A stretch of 64,000 bases of DNA. Origin: Epithemia pelagica (Eukaryota; Protista; Bacillariophyta). Shown here one piece after another: positions 46,583 to 58,155 of this stretch. Position 1 is the first letter of the stretch; every line of letters begins with the position of its first letter. Position numbers and translations under genes: made by a program. The stretch covers positions 744,001-808,000 of the forward strand of contig OX337229.1 of NCBI GenBank assembly GCA_946965045.2, given 5' to 3'. The notes beneath the pieces were generated by a model, which worked only from the letters and a program-made list of their open reading frames with translations, was not told the origin of the DNA and searched no databases.

Positions 46583-46890
46583 CTTTGGTGGTCGATGCAT
46601 AACCTTGCTGGAAAATTCTGGCATGACAATGGATGCCCAGTGTATCCGGTTTTGATCACACTATAACAACATGAGGCTCCCTTGCCCTTAATGACCTTGT
46701 CAACTGCCCAATCAGGTACATCAGGTACGACCGTATGCTGAGAGTCGGAATTGAGCTAAGATGTTATGCAGGCAAACAATGAGGTCATCAGCGATTTGAG
46801 CAGTGACAGATACCACTAAGCAATTATGCATACTCGCTCTTTATTTTATACAAAAGTGAGACAACCACAAAGACACTCAAGAACTTGTTC

Positions 46891-48736
46891 TCAGTCAAGT
46901 TTTCCGTGATCCTGCAACGTGGATAAAATTGCTTGAGCCGATGGACGAACATTTGGGTTGAATCGGTAGCACTGAAACATGGCTTTTCGCATAATGACAA
47001 TATAGGGGTCCGTGCTGTTACGAATTTCTGGAGGAATTTCAGGAAGTGTCCCATTCTCGCGTTTGAGATGCGCCACTCGCTCCTTATCCTCGGACGTGAG
47101 CTTCTTTTGAAGAGGTTCCTTCCACGGACTACGACCGACAATCAAACGATACAAGACATTGCCGAGAGCATAAACATCCACCTTTTCGGTGACGAGTGGC
47201 GGCTCATGATCCACCATTTCCTTTTCTTCCTGGTAAATTTGCTCTTCGGGTGACCGCCATTGAGGGTTTGGAAATCGAAAATAAAATGGACACGTCTCTC
47301 CAGTCTCGTTGTGCTTCTTGAGCAGAATCGCAATGTTGAAATCATTCAAGACAGGTCGACCGTCATTTGTAAAGATTAGGTTGGCGAGATTGATGTCATT
47401 GTGAACGAGACTCGGTGGCTGTTCCGGTCCGTCAATGGAATGGATATCGGCGACACCTTGGGCGACTTGAGTCGCCAATTGCAGTTTCCTTTTCGAATCC
47501 AAGCTGCCTGATAAAGACGAGATTTCCTTGCCCGCAAACTCTTGGGCCACCGACATTCCACAAAAGGCATGAATGTTGATAATAAAGGGAGACCCCGTCA
47601 AGCGTTCCATTGCCAGAGCATCGACTCGGTTGTTTTCAAAAAAGGCGTCCTCCATACCGTGCACAAGTCTGATGGAGACAAAAGGCAATAAACTCATAAG
47701 TAAGACCCTTCGCCGAAGCAATGGAAAACACACGAGGACGACATGCGATTGTCACTTACTTGAAAGTTTTCCATACAATAGTCTGGTTGTTGGTGTCCTT
47801 TCGCCAAACATGGCGCCAAAAGCCTTTGGTGGAAACCAAAGATGTATCCGCATGAACAAGGCCTCCACCCATGTCGTTTTCATGAACCACATTGCACACG
47901 GGAAATTGAAAGGACTGCCAATCATGCATGGGTTTACAGTTTGGATCACGTTCATCGTGGGGCCATGCGCGAAGTTCCATTGTGTCAAAGTCTTGGTCGG
48001 ACGAATCGAGGGACGAGTATCCACGAGTGACATCATCCTTGAATTCCCAGCTAGACGAGGGAGATAGCATAGGATAGACAGATCGGCTCTTTGTCGTTGT
48101 ACTAAAACTCCAAATGAACGGTTGTTGACTGGATGGCTTGCCCAAAGTCACAACGTGAGGATACGTCATCTCGGTACGAGACGTTGGATTGGTGGAGTTG
48201 CCTTTGCCACTCCGGAGAGCGGCCTTGCTGCGCCAAACTAGATCATCAGACATGGCTTCTTGATCGAGGGTACTAGAGAAAGTCCAAATTTGTCGTTGGC
48301 TGGAAGGAAGAGTCGTTACTGGCGTTTGAACGGGAAGAAGTACTCCCGCTTCCCGTAAATGGGGACTGGGCATCGTATCATTGGTTTCGCCACGGTTGCT
48401 TGGTGGACTTTCTTCATAGGAGTAGGATAAAGAAATTGGGTCTTGCCACGTTGCAAAGACAGTTCGCATGAGACCTGCCTCTTTGGTAATGTTCCGAAGT
48501 GAACCGACGACCAGCACAAATCCAATTAGTCCAATGATTCCCATTTTAGATGACATTCGTCGTGTCCGTCCATGACAACGTCTGCTGTCGACAGACCGAG
48601 AAATACCAACCGAGTTTTCATCCTTCATGGGAAGAATTGGTTTGGAAGCTCCACGAGGTTGTTGGTGTGACACCGGCAACAGATTGGTCGAAGCAGACCG
48701 GGAAGTACATGAATGGGCATTTGTTTCCTTCATCAT
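46891..48736 (-). CDS. Type II membrane protein kinase-fold protein, possibly secretory-pathway (intron 47669-47759)
   Basis: TM GIIGLIGFVLVVGSL precedes the kinase domain; KGFWRHVW, VWKTFK, DALAMERL, HNDINLAN, LNDFN, WRSPEE, KVDVYALG, RPSA. Confidence 0.85.
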
Positions 48737-49150
48737 GCTCTGAAATGAAAACAGATCGTACTCAAGCTCCAGAAACAGAGAAAGTATGAGAGGGTCCAAA
48801 GCATTTGATGATTGCTGAACAGAACGAGGTAACCTTATGAGGAAGAGGTTCGTTCTGTTTTCTGGTGTCCATCCAAACTCGTCTTTGGATATTGTGAGGG
48901 CAGTTTTTCAAAACGATGCTCGCTCGCTCTCATTCTCATGTAACCCGGATTTACAACGGCGGAGAAAAGCGATCCATTCGCGCCCGCGCCCCTCGAAATC
49001 GATCGAAACCATCGCCATGGCCCGAAAATCACACATGAGTCCCATCCAGCGTCAATAGAAAAGAAGCTTTGCATTCACTTCAAATTCGCTCCTCTCTTCT
49101 TACTGCTCCAGTAGAGAGAGTGAGAGAAACACACAGACATACCTTCATCC

Positions 49151-51400
49151 ATGAGCGGCAGATTTTTTCGTCGCGTTCAGAACTTTTTTGGACGCAATGA
49201 GGGACAACCGCAACAAGGCGCAACCAATCCTGGCCGCAACAATAATGGAGACACGATCCATGAAGAAATTCCAATGGACTTGGAACAATTGTTGCAAACT
49301 GTGTTTGGCAGTGTGCAAGACTCATTTGATGCAGCCACTCGTGCGGCCATGGAAGCATCCCTCCGCGACACTCAACACCCGCAGGGACCTCCTCCCGCTT
49401 CGGCACGAGCCGTTCGAGATTTGCCCTTGATTCGAATCCGAGCCGAGGATTTGGTCGATCCCGTCAACCGCGAATGTTGTGTTTGTTTGGAACCTCACAA
49501 ACTAGGCGAAACGGCAGTGCGACTGCCCTGTGCCCACATTTTTCATAAGGAATGTATTGGAGATTGGCTCAAGAGCCATTGTACCTGTCCCGTGTGCCGA
49601 TATGAATTGCCGACGGACGATCCCAACTTTGAACGACAACGTTTGGAACGAATGCGCCACCGGAAGCCACGATTTGCCCTTCACGAACTGGAACGGTTGT
49701 CCATCAAAGAATTGAAACGACTCTTGCCCGCCGGAGACAAGTATCGGGCGATTGATCGTGCAGACCTGATTGACCATCTCATTAGTGAAGGTGCCATTGA
49801 CTTGATTGCCTCTCCGGAACCTGTAGAATATTCCATGGTGGCTTTGCGACAAATGACAATTTCCCAGCTCAAACGATGCATGAATGAAGAAGGGGGAGTG
49901 TTCTTTGATCCAAAAGATGTCGTTGAGAAAGAAGATATGATACGAATATTTCTTTCCAGTGGAAGGCTTCGGTTGCTTCCGGAAGATACAGAGAACGACG
50001 AATCCACGTCCGCTGCGTCGTCCTTGACAGGGACTTCACATCAATCAAGTACACTTTCAGACTCGGCGGGAATAGCTTCGCAGCCAGTAGTAGAAACGGT
50101 TGCAGAAAGCGAGAGAAAACCATCACCACAACCAGACCTTCGAACAAACAAAGACCTTGTTATGGAGGAATGTTCTCCAGAAGATGTGGGAAATACAGCC
50201 GGAGCTTCAATAACTGCTAATTCACCGCAGTTGGAAGAAGAAGCCACAAACCATGATCACAATGCCACCGAAACACCGATGGATGAATCCATTAGGTCCC
50301 ACAGTTCTCTTTTGGCTGAGAACGAGGCGAGCGCTACTATGAAAGACGACAGTGCCACCGTAGAGGCCGCTGATTCTGCAAAAATTTCCGAGTCTGGAAT
50401 CAATGAGCATACTGAGACACCCGCAGAGAACAACTGCACTTTGGAGGCAAAGCGAGAGGACATGGAGGTGGAATCAAACAAGAAGGTAGGACAAGATGAT
50501 GCGTGTACCAGTAACCATAGCAACCGGTCGGAGGAAGAGGATCAAATAGATTTATCAGAGAACCAATCCAGCGCAACTCAAGAACAGAAGACCATGGAGG
50601 TGGATGGGACGGAGAAGGTCGGAGAGAATGATGCTTCTACGGGCACACACAAAAGACAGTCAGATGAAGAGGCAAAGGGTGATTTGAACATGCATGAAAG
50701 TCACGGGATCTCTGTTGCAGAAGAACTCCCAGCTAGGTCAGTGTCGATGACGTCGGAGCGAACTATTTCCTCTTCACTGACATCAGACACACAAAGAATT
50801 GACGGAACGGCTGACGAGCTTCCAGATTCCATGCTTGGGGATGACTCGGTTAGGTCAGCCGGTGACACTTTGGACCCAGCAAGTCCAGCAGAGTTCAAAG
50901 CGACGACTGAGACACATCGACCAAGTCGGAAACGATCGTACCCAAACATTGCAGGCCTTTCCTCTGATCCGCCGATTTCACCATTTGACCGGATGAGCGT
51001 TTCGGAACTCCGACGGAGGGGTGATCAAATGTCGGTCGACCTCTCGGGATGCCTGGAAAGACAGGAGATGATCAATAAATTATCTCGTCATTCGATTGAA
51101 TGTGAACGCGCGTGCTCGGACTTGTTTGCAGATCTGAGTGCATCGGAGCTGCTCATGCTTGCTTCTTTGGTTGATGTAAAAAACCTCAGAAACGGCGACA
51201 GACACAGCTTAGAGACGTCTTTGCTGGAAGAAGTAAAAGAGAGACCGCACATTGCTTCGTTTGTCAAATCGTTGGCTCCTTTTGTCTGTTTGTCTGTTCC
51301 ACAGCTACGGTCCGTTGCACGTGAGCGTGGCGTGGATGTACGGGATTGTTTGGAAAAGACGGACATTTTACGTCGACTGGTGGAAACAAAAGGACGATGA
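49151..51400 (+). CDS. RING-H2 E3 ubiquitin ligase with repeated SAP-like helical modules
   Basis: CCVCLE..LPCAHIFHKECIGDWL..HCTCPVCR; repeated (L/M)S(I/V)xELK/R..(C)LE(R/K)x(E/D)(M/L)I modules. Confidence 0.88.
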   Translation: MSGRFFRRVQNFFGRNEGQPQQGATNPGRNNNGDTIHEEIPMDLEQLLQTVFGSVQDSFDAATRAAMEASLRDTQHPQGPPPASARAVRDLPLIRIRAEDLVDPVNRECCVCLEPHKLGETAVRLPCAHIFHKECIGDWLKSHCTCPVCRYELPTDDPNFERQRLERMRHRKPRFALHELERLSIKELKRLLPAGDKYRAIDRADLIDHLISEGAIDLIASPEPVEYSMVALRQMTISQLKRCMNEEGGVFFDPKDVVEKEDMIRIFLSSGRLRLLPEDTENDESTSAASSLTGTSHQSSTLSDSAGIASQPVVETVAESERKPSPQPDLRTNKDLVMEECSPEDVGNTAGASITANSPQLEEEATNHDHNATETPMDESIRSHSSLLAENEASATMKDDSATVEAADSAKISESGINEHTETPAENNCTLEAKREDMEVESNKKVGQDDACTSNHSNRSEEEDQIDLSENQSSATQEQKTMEVDGTEKVGENDASTGTHKRQSDEEAKGDLNMHESHGISVAEELPARSVSMTSERTISSSLTSDTQRIDGTADELPDSMLGDDSVRSAGDTLDPASPAEFKATTETHRPSRKRSYPNIAGLSSDPPISPFDRMSVSELRRRGDQMSVDLSGCLERQEMINKLSRHSIECERACSDLFADLSASELLMLASLVDVKNLRNGDRHSLETSLLEEVKERPHIASFVKSLAPFVCLSVPQLRSVARERGVDVRDCLEKTDILRRLVETKGR

Positions 51401-51799
51401 GATTGGTACCAAAAGATCGCTATCTAGGAGCTACCTAGGAGTACCAATAGATGCGGTTGTTGACTGGCTTGTTGAAGTCTCTTGCTTTCAGCCGTCGCTA
51501 GTTTCATTGAAAGGTCTACAATCGGACGGATGCCGGTAGCAAAAGCCGTTTATGCCTAGCTAGAGAGTTGTAAGGTCTCCATCAAAGCAACTCCTCGTTC
51601 GGCTCAGTATACTGAGACGACAATCAAAACTACATAGATTCAGATAGTCCCTTAGGACTCTCTAATACATTAATCATATTCCATTGTATTATAGCTTCGT
51701 CGACTGAACAAAAAGAGCTCCAATCTTCAATCCAGACTACAAAAAACAATTCCATTATCAGGTTGGTCGAGTAGCTACCTACGACAAAAACCAAGATAT

Positions 51800-51871
51800 G
51801 GTCCACTCCGGGGATTGAACCCGGGACCTCCTGCACCCAAAGCAGGAATCATACCTCTAGACCAAGTGGAC
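51800..51871 (-). tRNA. tRNA-Pro(TGG), intronless
   Basis: Same body as the 45151 gene with anticodon loop TTTGGGT; TTTTT downstream. Confidence 0.93.
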
Positions 51872-52332
51872 GCTGCCGAGGGGCGAGATTTTAGCAATAT
51901 AAATTTATTTCAAAGAGTCTGACCGTCACTACGTCGAATTTTATGCACCTGCGAATTTTCCGGTGAACAAAGATAGAACTTTCGCACCTATCTAAGTCAC
52001 GTGGAAGATTCCTTTGTGGGTCTACGGAAGAACGCCGTCCTTCAAAAATCTTAAGAGTACGAGCTCGTAGATAAGATCGAAAATGGGGAGCATTCTTTCC
52101 AGAACAAGAACCGCAACCAGCGCCACAATTTTCCCAATGGGGATTGTAATATGAGCAAGACTTCGGATGGGTTCTTGCTAGGCATGACCAACGAACTTTC
52201 TAGGTGGGATTATTTACATGGTATAACTCTATAATATGGCGCTCACGCTCACGTATTCTGAAGCGAGTGTGTTTCCAAGGCTCTCTTGATCTAGGTGGTA
52301 AAAACGCAAACAAAACTGGCTCCCGGTGCATC

Positions 52333-54402
52333 CTAATAGCTGTTGAGTGAACTTTCGTGTTCCTTCAACTTTTTCTCATACCATGGTCTTCGAAGTTTTC
52401 GAAGAGCTCGGCATTCTTGCGATCGCACCCATGCCTTGGATTGTTTCATTTGGGCCGCGACCGATGTCACGGTCCGGGTGATACCATCCGTCAAACCGTA
52501 CCGCGCACAGAGTACCATCTTTTCGTCCTTGTCCAGTATTTGAATCATATTGTTCAAGTCATCGAGAAACAATGTGTGGTCCACCATTTGTTCCGGTGCA
52601 CCTTCGTCCAACAACTCACCACCCACCGAGGTCGCATCAATGGTATCCGCCAGTCGATCATCCCCTTCGTGTCCAAAATCTTTGGGGTTGCTCGCATACT
52701 TGGCAATGTCCAGAGATATCGATCGCTTGGTGAGACGTAGTAGTTTGTTGTATTTGTGTAAACTCATACCTAATTGGGAGGCCATTTCTTCGTTGGTCGG
52801 AGCTCTTCCATAGTCTTTGGTGAGAATGCTTCGCAATCGATGAATGCGATTCAACATGTTGTGAATGTGTACTGGCAAGCGAATGTTTCTGGACTGGTAG
52901 GCAATGGACCGAAAGACCGCTTGTTGGATCCACCAGGAGGCATAGGTCGAGAACTTGAATCCCTTGCGAGGGTCAAACTTTTCGGCCGCGCGGGACAATC
53001 CCAAACTCCCTTCTTGTACCAAATCGTTCAAACTCACCCCCACATTCATGTATTTTCTCGCAATACTCACCACCAATCGCATATTGTTCTGTACCATGGT
53101 TTGTTTGGCCTCTCGACCTTCTTGGAGCATTTCCAAAAAGTCTCGCACCGTCCCCCGATTGACTGGTTCGGCACCGGCCCGGACCGAGTTGCGGGAGGCA
53201 CTACTCTCGGTTGTGGCGGTGGGCCACAAGCTATCTGCCCGTCGATCCTTGACCCGCACGTGGGGAATTTTGCGCACGCGTCCCCGACCTCGTCCCGGTC
53301 CCGCTTCTCCAATCAAGCCATTGCCGGCAAACATGTGCGGATCCACTTCTTGAAACATTTTTTCACAACCCACCGGTCGCAATCGTTCATCGGCTTGCGT
53401 CAATTTTGGCTTGACCATGGGAACCGTGTAGCCACAGGCGGCCGCCCATTCGCCCAGAGAGGGCAATCGATCCAATCGAATCGCCAAACCCTCGTGGGCT
53501 TCCTCACAAGCAATCATGAATCGCACACGGTCTCCATAAATGTATTCTTCTTCCATGGTCAAGAGTTCGGTCCGATAGTAGCGTTGCAAATCGGCATCGG
53601 CGTAGCTGGATTTTCCATGTTTACTCTTGCGACCACGCTTGGTCACGGCTTGCTTTCCATTATGGTTGTGGTGGTTGAATTCATTGGGAGTGCTCGTGTC
53701 CGCCGATTCGTCCGTATCGAGAGCGTCCTCGGACGACTCGGCCGAGGGCGGCGAAAGTGTTTGTGTGGCGGCATCTCTTCGTATCCGGTTTTCTTCCGAC
53801 TTGCTTCTCGTCTTGCGTTTCGAGGCAAAGGCGGGAATGCTCCGTGCTCGTTTGGAAACGACCGCCGCCGTCGAGGGGGCAACCTCTTGTTGTTGCGCTC
53901 GTTGCGAGACGAGACGCTGGAGTTGCTCGCGAATGGCGGCATCCTCCTCGGAACTGACTGCCGACGACATGGCCACTTTTCGTGGTTGTTTGGGTTTCAG
54001 GCTGGACATCATCATCATGCCTCGTTCCCGACGCCGGTACAACAATCGATCGCGGGGCGCCTCCGTTTCGGGAGGTTCCGTGGCACTGCTACTAGTGGTG
54101 GTGGTGGATTTTTTGCTGCTGGTGGGTGTGCCTCGCTTGGGTCTCCGCAATGGCTTGACCACCACCACGGCTGGTTGTTGGTCTTCAATGGGACTCGCCA
54201 AGACCGAGAGAGGGAAGGGAATCTTGGGGTGGGAACGTAACAACAAAAAAGACGATGGAGTGGAAAAGGCGTGACACTGGCTACCACCAACTGCCAATAG
54301 GACTACTACTTGGAAGAACACCAGGGTCCAGTCTCGCGGCGACAATTGTTGGTTCCTCATGGATCCCTTCACTCTGTGTACTGTACGGTTAGATTGGTTC
54401 AT
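52333..54402 (-). CDS. Nucleus-encoded plastid RNA polymerase sigma-70 factor
   Basis: Signal peptide ending CHA|FS; region 2 NMRLVVSIARKY..DLVQEGSLGL..AEKFDPRKGFKFSTYASWWIQQ; region 3 IRLPVH; region 4 RYGL..ECRALRKLR. Confidence 0.95.
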   Translation of the reverse strand: MNQSNRTVHRVKGSMRNQQLSPRDWTLVFFQVVVLLAVGGSQCHAFSTPSSFLLLRSHPKIPFPLSVLASPIEDQQPAVVVVKPLRRPKRGTPTSSKKSTTTTSSSATEPPETEAPRDRLLYRRRERGMMMMSSLKPKQPRKVAMSSAVSSEEDAAIREQLQRLVSQRAQQQEVAPSTAAVVSKRARSIPAFASKRKTRSKSEENRIRRDAATQTLSPPSAESSEDALDTDESADTSTPNEFNHHNHNGKQAVTKRGRKSKHGKSSYADADLQRYYRTELLTMEEEYIYGDRVRFMIACEEAHEGLAIRLDRLPSLGEWAAACGYTVPMVKPKLTQADERLRPVGCEKMFQEVDPHMFAGNGLIGEAGPGRGRGRVRKIPHVRVKDRRADSLWPTATTESSASRNSVRAGAEPVNRGTVRDFLEMLQEGREAKQTMVQNNMRLVVSIARKYMNVGVSLNDLVQEGSLGLSRAAEKFDPRKGFKFSTYASWWIQQAVFRSIAYQSRNIRLPVHIHNMLNRIHRLRSILTKDYGRAPTNEEMASQLGMSLHKYNKLLRLTKRSISLDIAKYASNPKDFGHEGDDRLADTIDATSVGGELLDEGAPEQMVDHTLFLDDLNNMIQILDKDEKMVLCARYGLTDGITRTVTSVAAQMKQSKAWVRSQECRALRKLRRPWYEKKLKEHESSLNSY

Positions 54403-54868
54403 GGTGGTCTTTGTCTGGTGTGTATGTATAAGTGGAGAGTGCATCCACCGTTTCCCCTTCTCCTGTTCTCTCTCTCTCTCCAAGTCGTTGCCCCAAACCA
54501 GTTGGTGATGGTGACGAGGTCCACACATCCAATCGATGGCGAAGCACACCCGGATGTTGAACAAATAGACACCTTCGCGATCCTTCCGATGCGGGGATGA
54601 CGTCACCTTGAAGATGCCACTGCCGTGACAACTGCTTTTTTCCAGGCATTTTTGCGTTTTTTCGTGTGGGTTTGGCCAAACGGCTTTTTTTTTGTTGGGG
54701 CGAATCTCGCTTTGTCATCGTCCACTCGAAATTTCAACTCTTCGTGTCCTTCTCCCGTTTTCTTTTGTGTGGCAAAAAGATCTTTGTGGAAGCCAAGCGC
54801 CAAACCATCCTTCTTGTTTGGTAATTTCTTTCGCTACGACCTCCAATTCACCATTCTTTGGAAGGACC

Positions 54869-56386
54869 ATGATGCGAACGGTTCAATTCTCTCTCTTGTT
54901 GGCCTCCACTGCGGCCTTTGCGCCGGCCCCCGTCGTCGTGACTCGGGGACCGCAACATGTCATGTCCTCGGCCGTGGCCGAGGTGGAGACGGCGGCTCCT
55001 CCCATGGCGCCCTTGACCTTGTGGGGGAATCCCATTCCCGACATTCGTCAATTGCAAGAACAAATGCGCAAGCAGGACTTGCCCGAATTTGCCCCCGAAG
55101 TATCGGCCCAAAACTTGGGATTGGAGGGCAATGTGGAAGCCCAATTGCAATACTTTCAAGACCATGGCATGGAACTCAAGGAACAAATGGAACGGCATGG
55201 AGCGGTCGTCTTTCGGAATTTTGAACTCATGAAAACACAAGAGGGATTTCAACAATTTTATCAAGCAGTGGGCATGAAACCCTGTCTGGATCCCTTGCAT
55301 TCCGTCTCGGCCCGACCCACGGTCGATGGATCCAAGAATTCGCCCGTCTACGAAGCCGTCAATAAGGAAAGTCGCAAAAACTTTTTCATTGGTACGTGTT
55401 GTTATATGACCAACAAACAAACAAGACGGTGTTGCGTGACCTTGCATAGGAAGCGTTGGATGGCGAGTAGTAGTGCGTGTTCTGACTTGGCGTTTGCAAA
55501 TTGGTTGTTTGTGACATATGATTGTGGTGGTAGGAATGCACAATGAGTTTGTCGGTACCCGTGCTCCTCGTGCCGCCGCCTTTGTTTGTTTCAAGGCCGC
55601 CGAAACGGGTGGCGAATTCATTATTGCCGACGGTCGTCGCATGTTTCGTGATTTGGATACCGACTTGGTGGAGGAATTGTACCATCGTCAAATTCGCTAC
55701 TCGGTCATGGAATTGCCCTTTTTTGGTTGGATTGACAATTTGCCCGACTTTGTCCAGGAACCCGTCATGGGCGTGGTCAAGGGATTGGTCTCGGCCGCCA
55801 TTAATGCCAAGGTGGACTTTGATGTCGAACTCTTGTGGGGCAAGGGAGGATACGACGATACGCGCATGTTGCAAGCACGGGCGCCCAGTCAACCGCCCAT
55901 TGTCGTCCATCCCGTCACCAAAGATCCCACCTGGTTCTGCAACGTTCATTCACATTCCTCCAAACTTCGCAAAGACCGGGAATCCATGTAAGTGTCAATC
56001 CATTCAGTATTTCTGACGTCGAGATGATAGTTGGCAATGCCCTCTAACAAACGAGTTCCTCTTGTCCTTGTGTGTTGTCGTTCAGCTACGGAGCGGAACG
56101 CTTTGAAGATGGCGCCAGTCAAATCAACAAGTCCGACATGTTCTTTGGAGACGATGGTCAAATATCCGATGACAAGCTCAAGCTCATGGATGAAGTCACG
56201 CTCCAGAATTCCCGATACGTGAAAATGTCGGAGGGAGACGTGGTCCTTTTGGACAACTACAAGACCATGCATGGACGCAACGTTTTTGATGGAACGCGCA
56301 AACATGGTGTGGCGTGGTTTGAGGGATGGGAAGGTGAAGAACAAATGAAGGAAAGCATGAACATGGGACAAATGCAACAAGCATAA
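54869..56386 (+). CDS. Plastid-targeted TauD/TfdA-family Fe(II)/2-oxoglutarate dioxygenase (introns 55392-55533, 55988-56085)
   Basis: STAA|FAPAP targeting motif; HGAVVFRNF; spliced IGMHNE (HxE); TWFCNVH; LLDNYKTMHGR. Confidence 0.9.
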
Positions 56387-56881
56387 GGTGTGATCACTGA
56401 AGATAGCATATTACATGACTTGTAGGAGCACAATGTTTGGAGTATAGCAAGTTCTGAGATAGACACGCTAGGTCAAATCATTTATAACAAGGTAGCAGAT
56501 GAATGTAGAAACCACAATGATTCTATTGGATGAACCAATGCGACTCTTTCGTTCTCCTTGAGTATCTGTTTCATCAAACCCAGATGAGGGAGTTCTTAGT
56601 TGAGGGAGTCCTTATGCGGAGGGGACATTTTGCAGACCTGAAGCAAGCAAACGTTTCTCATCAGTCGGAAAGGGTACATAGAATCTAATTAAAGCCCATG
56701 GACGTCCACTTCGAGAGGAATGAGACAAGATAGATTTCCCTTTTGCTATTAATATTGGCCCCACGGATTGTTTACCAAGATCGTTCAAGAGAAGGTGTGT
56801 CAACATTAAAATATATCTATTTCACACATTTCTATAGTGTTGCAACATCGCATGATAATAGCCAGGTCTTGCTTTACAGGA

Positions 56882-57517
56882 TCAAACGCGCACACAGTTC
56901 TTGTCGTCACGTTCTTCAATCGTCACTGGGCGAAAGGCAATATTTGGTCCAAGTGTCAGACTTTTCCGGCGTGGACCTTTTGATATCACAGCAGGATCAT
57001 GATGCTCCTCATCTGGGTATCTTGCAATAGGGTACAGGACCTTCTTGTCTGATGAACTACGCCGTTTCGATGACGACGAGGACTTTTTCCGAGAACCTGA
57101 GGGTGTGAGACTTTTGCTGCTGTTTGTCGTTGAAACTGTCGACTCTTTTCGGACAACTCGGCGTCTGTCTCGAGGGGCTTGCGGAACTTGTGGTGGTCCA
57201 AGGCACAAGAACTGTGTCATCAATTCCACCAAATCATTATTGCAAACCTCCGTGTCGTTCCTGTCTTTTGTCCCTCGGCCGGAAAATACTTCTCGGGCAG
57301 CTTGTTCATGACCTCCATATTGCTTTTGGTTAAAGTGCTGACTCCTCGAATCCATCGAATAGCGATGGCGATACTGGTATTCGTCACGATCCGTTTTCTT
57401 TCGTTCCGGTGTCGGAGGATAAGCGTTGGCGTGATGTGTAACTGGGTTCATGAAAGGGGCATGTTCGGAGCCATCGGCGTACATTGTAGCAGAGCGGCGG
57501 CGTTCAAGAGGTGGCAT
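56882..57517 (-). CDS. Disordered hypothetical protein rich in RRxS motifs
   Basis: Long open frame; RRRS, RRYS-like, RKES, RRSS, RRKS. Confidence 0.55.
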   Translation of the reverse strand: MPPLERRRSATMYADGSEHAPFMNPVTHHANAYPPTPERKKTDRDEYQYRHRYSMDSRSQHFNQKQYGGHEQAAREVFSGRGTKDRNDTEVCNNDLVELMTQFLCLGPPQVPQAPRDRRRVVRKESTVSTTNSSKSLTPSGSRKKSSSSSKRRSSSDKKVLYPIARYPDEEHHDPAVISKGPRRKSLTLGPNIAFRPVTIEERDDKNCVRV

Positions 57518-58155
57518 ACTGAAACCGTTACAGCCTCGCAGGATGATCAATGTTTGAACAAAGGTTTCTTGGAGAGGCTTTGACGAATCCAGTGCCTTCA
57601 ATCCTTTCTCGTGTTGACATTAATGAGCGTGTTTGATGCTCGGTGTCTATCTGTCTATCGAAACGGACAAGAACAAACGAAATGGGTACGCCTGAGGACC
57701 GTTGGTAGCCTTAACTAATACTGTGAAATCAGGTGTATTTAGAAGGTCAGGATGGCCTGGCGCGAAGAAAGAACGTTCAACTCCCATTCAACCTTTTATG
57801 GAGCCCGTTGTACTGGCTCCGTTGGGGGAACCTCTCTTCATTTTTGTACAGTATATATCATTTCTAGTCGCACTTCCCTCACTACTTCGTCCGTTACACA
57901 TGCATTTTGGGGGACCGTTGGATCAGTTGGACGGAGAAGCATCTACCGGTCACGCGGTCTCGAGAATCAGCTATCCCTCTAGCTAGTTTTCGATGAGTTA
58001 CGTAGGCAACAAGTCGTAGCCTAGTAAATGGGGCGGGTATGTCATTATTCCTCCAAGTTTGGATCCTAACTCGTTCAGTAGACAACGTATCGAACCAATA
58101 GCTATACCAAACAAATCTGCAACTACTCCTAGGTTGATTCATGTCGGCATTCATT

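Noticed and set aside
52774-54240. Long antisense ORFs (also 7322-8764, 28098-28913, 37243-38199)
   Set aside because: They shadow well-supported CDSs on the opposite strand or frame, as expected from codon bias and low-complexity sequence.
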